Below are positions 18,339 through 26,164 of a stretch of 34,094 nt of DNA, piece after piece. A model generated the notes under the pieces. It was given only the letters and a program-made list of their open reading frames with translations, had not been told where the DNA came from and did not search any database. The translations under genes were made by a program, and so were the position numbers. Position 1 is the first letter of the stretch. Each line of letters starts with the position of its first letter. The stretch is from contig JBGVFO010000174.1 in assembly GCA_045121195.1 (NCBI GenBank), forward strand, positions 1 through 34,094, read 5' to 3'. This DNA comes from Eubacteriales bacterium. GTDB lineage: Bacteria; Bacillota; Clostridia; Oscillospirales; CAG-272.

Positions 18339-19025
18339 ATGATTAAAGGTCTCACAGAGTTTGAGAAGTATAAGGTTATTCGTCCTGTCATCGGGGATTG
18401 CGAATATGACAAATACGGTTTCCCCTTGATTCGGCGTTTAACTCGCAATTTGGATTACGAAAAATTAGAGGTTCGTAATTTCAAGTGTATGAAATCGTTG
18501 GCTGACAATGACAACAAGCTGTTGATGATGTTCTGCTACGACAAAGATTTACTGCGTTTTTGGAATGACCCATTGAAGCGAATTCCTACTATGCAAACAT
18601 ATGCCGCCGTGGCTACTCCCGATTTCAGCATTTATCCCACAATGAATATCAATGAAATTCGTCATAATATTTATATAGGCAGATGGTTGGGGCGCACGTG
18701 GTAAAATTACGGCTTGTCCGTAATACCTACAATCGGTTGGGCGTCGCCCGATACTTACGATATGTGCTTTAGTGCCATAGAAAATGGAACTCCCGTAATC
18801 ATATCTACCTTGGGGTGTACTGATTACCAAGAAGATTTTTTGCGAGGCTTTAACCAAATGAAGGCGCGTATCAATCCGCCTATCATAATAGTGTTCGGCA
18901 ATATGATACAAAGGATGACAGGAACATTCCTGAATTTCAAGTATACCGAGTCCTTTGCTGTAAAAAACAAGCAGTTGAAAATTGAGGGGATTCCTTCAAT
19001 GTTCACGATAAAGGAGGCGGTATAA
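18339..19025 (+). pseudogene. DUF4417 family protein interrupted by an in-frame TAA at 18702-18704
   Basis: F.YD..L.RFWNDP, TPDFSIY..M, NIY..RWLG.TW*NYGLSVIPTIGW continue in the same frame across the stop. Confidence 0.8.
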
Positions 19026-19414
19026 TGGGTTCTCGTGGCGCATTTGTTGATGTCAACACCGGAAATTTTAGTTTTGTGCAAGGTGGGCAACATTATATGT
19101 CATTGGGGTCTTTAAGTAGCAATCCCAACGTCAAAGTTATCATTCAAGATTCCAATGCGGTGAAAGCTCCCGAATACTCTCATACCCCAGGAAGAATCTA
19201 TGCCGTTGTTAAAAATGGCGAGCTGAAGCATCTCGCATATTATGACGAAGCTCATAAACAAGCGGTAAGCATTGACCTTGCGCACGACCATAAAGGAGTG
19301 CAACCGCATCGTCATGTTTATCTCAGTCACAATAAAAACGACCCTGGCATTCCCCCAACGCCAGAAGAATCTGCTTTAATAAAAAAGATAAAGAAGGAGT
19401 TTCATTTACGATGA
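19025..19414 (+). CDS. MGSRG-leader protein with His-rich nuclease-like C-terminus (candidate toxin)
   Basis: N-terminus MGSRGA, C-terminal SIDLAHDHKGVQPHRH; AGGAGG RBS, overlaps upstream stop. Confidence 0.6.
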   Translation: MGSRGAFVDVNTGNFSFVQGGQHYMSLGSLSSNPNVKVIIQDSNAVKAPEYSHTPGRIYAVVKNGELKHLAYYDEAHKQAVSIDLAHDHKGVQPHRHVYLSHNKNDPGIPPTPEESALIKKIKKEFHLR

Positions 19415-19758
19415 GAAAAAACGAATTTAATTCCCTTGAAGAGTTTACATCACAATATATCGGTGTTTGGGGGCCTTCGGACGGTCATTGGTTTGGCTTG
19501 GATTTTTCTTATAACGGCACAGAATATAGATTTAACACAGGGTCTATATATGAAAAGCAGGATACCATTTTACCTAACGGCAAAGAGGCTCTCTTCGGTA
19601 TCTATCGTAAAGACAGCAATCCTAAAACAAAAAAGAAGTATATTTTGCTTGAGGAATTTGCTGATATGGAGGATGCCTTAAATAGCACGTGTATTGAGGG
19701 TGTTGCTTTTAGAGAAGTAATAATGGATGACAATACCGAGATCTTAGGACAAGATTAA
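19411..19758 (+). CDS. Small acidic hypothetical protein (candidate immunity protein)
   Basis: ATGA overlap with preceding gene, AAGGAG RBS, 115 aa. Confidence 0.65.
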   Translation: MRKNEFNSLEEFTSQYIGVWGPSDGHWFGLDFSYNGTEYRFNTGSIYEKQDTILPNGKEALFGIYRKDSNPKTKKKYILLEEFADMEDALNSTCIEGVAFREVIMDDNTEILGQD

Positions 19759-19829
19759 AAAAAGCCCGGCAAGTGCTACCAACACTTATCGGGCGACTTT
19801 CAAAGGATATAAGAATCCTTCAGTAAGCA
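19757..19829 (-). ncRNA. Putative ~72-nt small antisense RNA
   Basis: Minus-strand TTGATT (19862-19857), 16 bp, TGaTATAAT (19840-19835); two hairpins, the second GCCCGATAAGTG-TTGGTAG-CACTTGCCGGGC followed by a U-tract. Confidence 0.6.
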
Positions 19830-19977
19830 CTATCATTATATCATATTTTGCAAAAAAATCAATAGCTTTCGTGTAAAAAAGACGAAAGAATTACTGATTT
19901 TTCTGCATTTATGCTCTTGAGATGATATTTCAAGGTAAAAAGAAAGAGTCGGCTATATTAGTCGGCTCTTTCGTTAT

Positions 19978-20085
19978 TTATATCATCACCGTCTCTTGGC
20001 TGCCGTTGCGGAAGGTGAACACAAGCCGTCCGTCACCCAAGACGATGATTCGGTCAACAGTGACGCGGAATCGGTCATCTGTCTT
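19978..20085 (-). pseudogene. C-terminal remnant of a serine recombinase
   Basis: Manual translation KTDDRFRVTVDRIIVLGDGRLVFTFRNGSQETVMI*, resembling the final beta-strands of large serine recombinases; no start codon or upstream frame. Confidence 0.6.
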
Positions 20086-20320
20086 CTATGCACAATTTCC
20101 ACTTTCAAGGCTTCATTGTATTAATGAGTGAGTCCCTACACAAGAACATCCCATCACCCTCCGGTGGTGGGGTGTCTTTTTGAATCGGATGAAGAACCTT
20201 GGAATTTCCTTTTTCTTCCATAGATATTGATTTTCACCCTCTCATATGGTATAATAAATCAAACGATATGCTTTCAACCCGCTCCGCACTTGCGTGGAAT
20301 ACCCCCCCAAAGGAGGACTT

Positions 20321-22513
20321 ATGAAGAAATTTTTTGCATTTTTGATTGCTTGTGTTTTACTGATCTCTACTATGGTCGGTTGCGCCCGTCAGCCCATCGT
20401 CGGCACCGAGGCGGCAAAGCTTCTCCTTGCCGAGGAGCGTCTGAACGCTTCCCTGCTCCAAAAGAAGGGAGATATTTTTGAAAACGGCACTGCCGTTATG
20501 AACACCCTTGCCGAAAAGGCACTTGCCAACCTCGGCGTGCAGTATGTGGGAACCGATGCCGCTATGACCAACCTTTCGGCAATGATCAACACCTCCACCG
20601 TCCTGAAGGGTAACTACATCGGTCGGGTCGAGGTGGACGGTGACACCTTCACCTGGCGCGACTTTGAGGAAAACAACAATTCCTACGATTATTTCAAAAG
20701 CATAACCGACAGCATCGTTTCCTCCGCAAAGATCGCAGGCGATCTTATCGACAGCATCAAGAAGAACGTGCGCGTTGTGGACAAGTGGGTGAGAATGGGA
20801 GACACCGAGTACCATCTGCAGGTGGATGAAAATTCCGAGACCCTTTGCGAGCGTGGGGATTCCTTCGTCACCGTTTGCCGCCGTTACAAAAACCTCGGAG
20901 GCGAGGACGTTTACGAGCTTTATCGCAAGCAGGACGACGTTGAGGAGCGCATGACCTATATCCCCGGAGAGCGCTACGAGCACACCTTGATCATGAACGG
21001 CGATGGACTGTATTTCGTCGCCGACAGCACGAAGGGCTACTGGGAAACCTACATCGTAGGCGAAGCCCCCCAGCATTTCAACGTTTCCTACTTCATCATG
21101 AAGGACGACATCTGCTACGATGCCATCTACGATCCCAAAAGCGGACTGATCAACGTACTGAAATTTATGAGCGCTGACCGTGCCACCGATATTCTGAACT
21201 TTTACGATCACGGGGACAGCATCGCCGTCGATCTGAAATTCAGCGGCTTCGACGGCGTCGAAAGCGTTGTAGCACCCGCCGGTGCGGTGGAATATACGCC
21301 CGGTGAATACGCCAATCTGACGAACGGTGACGGTGCGGAGGTTCGTCTGACGAACGGAAAGGTCTTTCGGTACGGCGACGTCTTTTACGACGGCAAGCTG
21401 ACCGTTAACGCCGTTCACGTAATCTTCGGTGCCGCTGGCTATACGGGCGAGGCGATGCTCGCCATCAACGGAGAGACCTACGAGGAGCGCATTGCCCTTC
21501 TTGGCGCCTTTCTTTCCGATATGGGGCTTCGTTGTCGAAGAGATTTTCCCTCGGTGCTTCGCGGCATTGACCGCGCCTACATTGAGCTGGAAAGCCTGAT
21601 CCGCTATTACAAGTGGAACGGCATTTCCGTTACCGATGAGAGTGGAATTATCGCCGCCGCAAGCGTGGAGGACGAAAGACTTGCCGCTATGGAGGCGCTT
21701 TATACCGATGTCAAGGATGACGAGGTGCTGGATTACGCCGACACCAAAAAGCTTCATCTCAACATCAATTTTGCACCCATCACGCTGGCTTCCACCGACA
21801 ACGCCCACGCAAACGGCACGGCGATGGCGCTGGGAAGCATCTCTCTCACCGTGGAGGACACCACCCTGTTCGTAACAAACGAGCCTTATAAGATCGCTCT
21901 GGCTATGATCGATACCGCGGAAGCGAACGGACTGGTTCATCTTGACTCCGCTACCGAATCCACCGTCGTGTATACGGGCGAGGACACCTTTACCGTAAAC
22001 GCCGACGGGCTTACCGCCACCCTCCCCGTCCTTTCCGCGGGAAGCTACACCGTAGTCGCTTACATTTCCACCGCGGACGGCATCCGCGCGTCGGACTATA
22101 TTGAGGTGGATTTCCACTCTGTCGAAGGCACCTCCCTGCCGATGAGCGGCGTTGCGATGTCCACCGTCCTTTCGGAAAGCGGTGCTCTTACAGTATCCTA
22201 CGAGCCGGTCACCGACTTCTTCGTGACCCTTACCACCGATACGGCGGTTGATTACGCGTCCTTCTACGGGCTCCTTGCCGCCGAGGCATTTAACCACGGC
22301 ACCCCCTCCGAGGGCACGGTCGAGCGCAAGACCGAGGACGGCTACGAGCCCCTTGTCGGCGACGAAACCGTTATTGCCGACGGCACCTACCGTATGGCAT
22401 ACGTAATGCAAAACGGCGAGACCACGGTGGAAGGCTTCCTTTACGCGGACTACACGCGTACCGCCGAAGAAGATCCCGCAACAGAAGAATCGGAAACGGC
22501 CGAGCCGAGCTGA
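20321..22513 (+). CDS. Large acidic lipoprotein of unknown function
   Basis: AGGAGG RBS, MKK + hydrophobic stretch + MVGC lipobox; host-like codon usage. Confidence 0.8.
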   Translation: MKKFFAFLIACVLLISTMVGCARQPIVGTEAAKLLLAEERLNASLLQKKGDIFENGTAVMNTLAEKALANLGVQYVGTDAAMTNLSAMINTSTVLKGNYIGRVEVDGDTFTWRDFEENNNSYDYFKSITDSIVSSAKIAGDLIDSIKKNVRVVDKWVRMGDTEYHLQVDENSETLCERGDSFVTVCRRYKNLGGEDVYELYRKQDDVEERMTYIPGERYEHTLIMNGDGLYFVADSTKGYWETYIVGEAPQHFNVSYFIMKDDICYDAIYDPKSGLINVLKFMSADRATDILNFYDHGDSIAVDLKFSGFDGVESVVAPAGAVEYTPGEYANLTNGDGAEVRLTNGKVFRYGDVFYDGKLTVNAVHVIFGAAGYTGEAMLAINGETYEERIALLGAFLSDMGLRCRRDFPSVLRGIDRAYIELESLIRYYKWNGISVTDESGIIAAASVEDERLAAMEALYTDVKDDEVLDYADTKKLHLNINFAPITLASTDNAHANGTAMALGSISLTVEDTTLFVTNEPYKIALAMIDTAEANGLVHLDSATESTVVYTGEDTFTVNADGLTATLPVLSAGSYTVVAYISTADGIRASDYIEVDFHSVEGTSLPMSGVAMSTVLSESGALTVSYEPVTDFFVTLTTDTAVDYASFYGLLAAEAFNHGTPSEGTVERKTEDGYEPLVGDETVIADGTYRMAYVMQNGETTVEGFLYADYTRTAEEDPATEESETAEPS

Positions 22514-22530
22514 CCGACACCCATACCAAG

Positions 22531-22566
22531 CAAAAAAGACGAGGTGAAATCACCTCGTCTTTTTTG
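22531..22566. terminator. Bidirectional intrinsic terminator
   Basis: CAAAAAAGACGAGGTGA-aa-TCACCTCGTCTTTTTTG perfect inverted repeat. Confidence 0.85.
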
Positions 22567-22609
22567 CCGTTATTTGACGCCGCCGATTTTAGAAAATTAC
22601 CAAAACCGC

Positions 22610-22662
22610 TTGACACACGTTCTGATATATGCTACACTTATATATCCCCCCACGGGGGATAT
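22610..22662 (+). promoter_or_regulatory. Promoter and CsoR/RcnR-type operator
   Basis: TTGACA 22610, 17 bp, TGcTACACT; palindrome ATATCCCCC-cac-GGGGGATAT 22642-22662. Confidence 0.75.
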
Positions 22663-22676
22663 GAAGGAGGCGCAAA

Positions 22677-22940
22677 ATGGAAAAACACGAGCATACAAAA
22701 GCGGTACTGAACCGAATGTCACGGGCAATCGGACATATGAGTGCCGTCAAGAAAATGATCGAGGAGGGGCGGGACTGCAGTGACGTCCTGATCCAGTTAT
22801 CTGCGATCCGTTCGGAGATCACCAACGTCAGCAAGGTGATCCTGAAGGATCATATTGACCATTGCGTGGTGGACGCGGTAAAGCAAAACGACGATGCGTC
22901 TATCGAAAGCCTGAAGGGAGCGATTGAAAGATTACTATGA
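22677..22940 (+). CDS. CsoR/RcnR family metal-sensing repressor
   Basis: H.H..AVLNRMSRAIGH..AV..MIE..RDCSDVLIQLSA...L.DHIDHC. Confidence 0.92.
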   Translation: MEKHEHTKAVLNRMSRAIGHMSAVKKMIEEGRDCSDVLIQLSAIRSEITNVSKVILKDHIDHCVVDAVKQNDDASIESLKGAIERLL

Positions 22941-23836
22941 ACCGATCTGCGAAAAACGGTATTTTTCTCGCCGTCCTTGCGGCGGCGCTATACGCTCTTA
23001 ACTCTCCGCTGTCCAAGCTCCTTTTGGATTTTATGTCTCCCACCCTTATGGCAGGCTTTCTTTACGTAGGCGCGGGACTGGGAATGGGCGTGATCGCCCT
23101 CCTTCGCCGTACCGCCAAACGGCAAACAAAGGAAGCAAGGCTCTCCAAAAAAGAGTTGCCCTATACCCTCGCTATGATCCTGTTGGATATTGCCGCCCCC
23201 ATTTTCCTGCTGATCGGTCTTAGTCGCACCACGGCGGCAAACGCCTCGCTGCTGAACAATTTTGAGATCGTGGCGACGGCGACCATAGCGCTTGCAGTCT
23301 TCAAGGAGCGCATCAGTCCCCGCCTCTTCGGCGGTATTCTGTTCGTGACCCTTTCCTGTGCCCTCCTCTCCTTTGAGAGCGTTGCCCAGCTGCAATTTTC
23401 CGTCGGCTCTCTTTTCGTTCTGCTCGCCGCGATATGCTGGGGCTTTGAAAACAACTGCACGAGAAAGATCTCCTCAAAGGATCCTATGCAGATCGTTCTA
23501 CTTAAGGGTATCTTTTCGGGGCTTGGCTCCATCATCATCGGACTTGCTATGGGAGAGCGGATCTCCTTCCCCTGGAGCATTCCCGCCGTTCTCGGCGTTG
23601 GCTTTGTGGCGTACGGACTCAGTATCTTTTCCTACGTATACGCGCAACGGCTCTTGGGCGCGGCGCGCACCAGCGCGTATTACGCCGTCGCCCCCTTTAT
23701 CGGCGCCCTTCTCTCCCTTGTGATCTTCCGTGAAATGCCGCCTTACACCTATTTTATCGCCCTCGGTCTTATGATCGTCGGCGCGTGGCTATGCGCCAAC
23801 GACGAGCCGCTTTTCAAGAAAAGAAACAAAGAATAA
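22937..23836 (+). CDS. DMT/EamA family transporter
   Basis: About 10 hydrophobic segments, ASLLNNFE, FKERI, two EamA-like halves. Confidence 0.9.
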   Translation: MNRSAKNGIFLAVLAAALYALNSPLSKLLLDFMSPTLMAGFLYVGAGLGMGVIALLRRTAKRQTKEARLSKKELPYTLAMILLDIAAPIFLLIGLSRTTAANASLLNNFEIVATATIALAVFKERISPRLFGGILFVTLSCALLSFESVAQLQFSVGSLFVLLAAICWGFENNCTRKISSKDPMQIVLLKGIFSGLGSIIIGLAMGERISFPWSIPAVLGVGFVAYGLSIFSYVYAQRLLGAARTSAYYAVAPFIGALLSLVIFREMPPYTYFIALGLMIVGAWLCANDEPLFKKRNKE

Positions 23837-23841
23837 GGCAA

Positions 23842-23869
23842 AAAAGACGCAAGCATACTTGCGTCTTTT
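23842..23869. terminator. Intrinsic terminator
   Basis: AAAAGACGCAAG-cata-CTTGCGTCTTTT. Confidence 0.75.
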
Positions 23870-23878
23870 CATTTTCAA

Positions 23879-24034
23879 ATTTTGATTTATCGGTGGGTTT
23901 GATGTGACGAAACGGCGACGCACAAACCCGTAGGGGCGATCATTGATCGCCCGTTCGTTGGGTAATTGTCGTTCATGGCGGGCGAACACTGTTCGCCCCT
24001 ACGATAAAGACATCAAACCGATAAACTACAATTT
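23879..24034. repeat. REPIN/MITE-like element with inverted GTAG-type REP pair
   Basis: GTAGGGGCGATCATTGATCGCCC (23930) and GGGCGAACACTGTTCGCCCCTAC (to 24002); outer TTTATCGGT / ACCGATAAA; left arm matches reverse complement of 33741-33792. Confidence 0.8.
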
Positions 24035-24881
24035 ACTGACTACTCCAATCCGCCTTGAATCTTCCGGGGGAGATACCCACCTGCTGCTTGAACTGCTTAC
24101 AGAAGGCGTAGGTGTCGCAATAGCCGAGCTCCGAGGCGATCTCCTTGAGAGGCATATTCCGATCCAGCATCATGGATTTTGCCTCATTGATGCGAAGCTG
24201 GATCCGATACTGCTCAAGAGAGCATCCAAACACGCGGCGAAACTGTTTGCGGAGGGTTTCATAGCCGATTCCGCACTCCGCGGCGATCTCCTCAAGGGGA
24301 ATTCCCACCCGAAAATTACGCGCCAAAATCGTTCCGATCTCCTGTGCCCAGCGATCGGCTTCGGTGCTGACGCCGCAGAAGTTCAAATAGCACAAAAGCT
24401 TTTGAAATTCTATCAAAAGGTCGGAAGAATGAGCGTTGTCCGTCCTCTCAAACAGGGCGTGATACTCTACCAACCGCCGAAAAACGTCCGTACTCTCTCC
24501 CACATAGAAGACCGGCGCGTCGGTCACGAGTCGCATTCCCACAAGGGTTTCAAAAACACGGGCGCCCGCGCAAAAATAAAACTCCAGCCAATCCTCGCCC
24601 TTTTCTATATAAGAATGGTGACAAACGCCCGGCATCCGCTGTACTACACAGCCCGGATAAACGGGATAGGTCTTTCCCGTTGCTACGTCCACGTAAGTAC
24701 CCCTGCCACTGATCACGTACAGCCCACCGTAATAGTGAAACAAAATATTTTCCTGCACAATTCCCTCGTCCTTCCTATACAAAAAACCGCAGGAAACGAT
24801 GCTGTTGGCAGGATCGTCCGCGTTGCCAAGAAGGGTTCGGTGAACCGTTCTCGTCTGATAATAAAAATCGTCTACCCTCAT
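24033..24881 (-). CDS. AraC family transcriptional regulator
   Basis: LEEIAAECGIGYETLRKQF, LKEIASELGYCD.YAFCKQFKQQVGISPGRFK. Confidence 0.93.
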   Translation of the reverse strand: MRVDDFYYQTRTVHRTLLGNADDPANSIVSCGFLYRKDEGIVQENILFHYYGGLYVISGRGTYVDVATGKTYPVYPGCVVQRMPGVCHHSYIEKGEDWLEFYFCAGARVFETLVGMRLVTDAPVFYVGESTDVFRRLVEYHALFERTDNAHSSDLLIEFQKLLCYLNFCGVSTEADRWAQEIGTILARNFRVGIPLEEIAAECGIGYETLRKQFRRVFGCSLEQYRIQLRINEAKSMMLDRNMPLKEIASELGYCDTYAFCKQFKQQVGISPGRFKADWSSQ

Positions 24882-24981
24882 GTGACACCTCCCAAATTTT
24901 ACATTTAATATACCACAAAATACATTTCAAATCAAGTGTTTTTCTGTTACAATGAAAAAAACGACCTAAGGAGGATTTCTT

Positions 24982-26037
24982 ATGACCGGCATTGAAAACT
25001 ATAAATCCATTGCACGCCGACAAGGCTTCAAGCAGATCCCCGTTGAATTCGAGATGTGCCCCTCCCTGCGAGATAAGTTTGCCGCTTATCGGGCGGAAAC
25101 CGGCTTCTCGTACAAAAGCGCGGTGGTCAAAATTTACGATAAGCCCACGTGGTGCGCCGACAGCGAGACCTTTCTCAAATATTACAATCGCGACTTTAAG
25201 GAGGGTACCCGGATCGACCAATACGGAGTCGCTCACGAGCCGGGAAGCGCCGCCGCCTTTCATATGAAGAAGATGCACTATCCTATGGCGGATTTTGATA
25301 GCGTGAAGCAGGTGCTCGCCTATCCCCTTCCCACGTACAGTGCGGATGCGCTTGACGCCACCGTCGCCGCCGTCAAACGGGCGCACGACAACGATCAGAT
25401 CGCCGTTGGCGGTCTTGGCTGCACCGTTTGGGAGCGCTCCTGGTACCTGCGCGGCATGGAAAATCTTATGACCGATATGATGATGGAGGATCCCCTCGCC
25501 GAGACGCTTCTTGACCGCATCACCGATATTTCGGTTCGCCGTGCGGAATCCTACGCAAAAAGCGGTGTTGACGTTCTGCTGCTCGGTGACGATATCGGTA
25601 TGCAGCATTCCATTATGATGAGCGAAGCCCTCTACTGCGAGTGGCTGAAGCCTCGCCTTGCCCGCGTCATCCGCGCCGCGAAGGCGATCAATCCCGACAT
25701 TATTATTACCTACCACTCCTGCGGCTTCGTCACGCCTATGATCCCCCACCTCATCGAGGCGGGCATCGACGTTCTCGACCCCGTTCAGCCCGAGTGTATG
25801 GACTTCCAAGAGATCCACGATCAATTCGGCGACGTTTTATCCTTCCACGGCACCATCGGCACCCAGACCACCATGCCCTTCGGCACGCCCGAGGACGTGC
25901 GACGCGAGGTCTTCAAGAACCTTGAGATCGCGGGTGATCGCGGCGGTCTTTTCGTCTGCCCCACCCACCTGCTCGAGCCTGAGGTTCCCGTAGAAAACGT
26001 GGTCGCCTACATCAAAGCTTGCGAAGATTTTATGTAA
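24982..26037 (+). CDS. Uroporphyrinogen decarboxylase-fold protein (likely methyltransferase)
   Basis: LRGMENLM.D, GDDIG.Q, YHSCG, FHGTIGTQ, PFGTPEDVR, PTH. Confidence 0.88.
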   Translation: MTGIENYKSIARRQGFKQIPVEFEMCPSLRDKFAAYRAETGFSYKSAVVKIYDKPTWCADSETFLKYYNRDFKEGTRIDQYGVAHEPGSAAAFHMKKMHYPMADFDSVKQVLAYPLPTYSADALDATVAAVKRAHDNDQIAVGGLGCTVWERSWYLRGMENLMTDMMMEDPLAETLLDRITDISVRRAESYAKSGVDVLLLGDDIGMQHSIMMSEALYCEWLKPRLARVIRAAKAINPDIIITYHSCGFVTPMIPHLIEAGIDVLDPVQPECMDFQEIHDQFGDVLSFHGTIGTQTTMPFGTPEDVRREVFKNLEIAGDRGGLFVCPTHLLEPEVPVENVVAYIKACEDFM

Positions 26038-26164
26038 TTCTTTGGTTTTCTTGCAAACAAATTGCAAAAAAACACGTTTTCCCTATTTATTTTTGTCGGG
26101 CGGTTTGTTATAATGAGTACAATGAACACAGTAGGAGATTCGTTATGAACAACCGCAATCGTGC

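Noticed and set aside
19922-20131. + strand 69-aa ORF
   Set aside because: Crosses a hairpin and is antisense to the recombinase-like remnant
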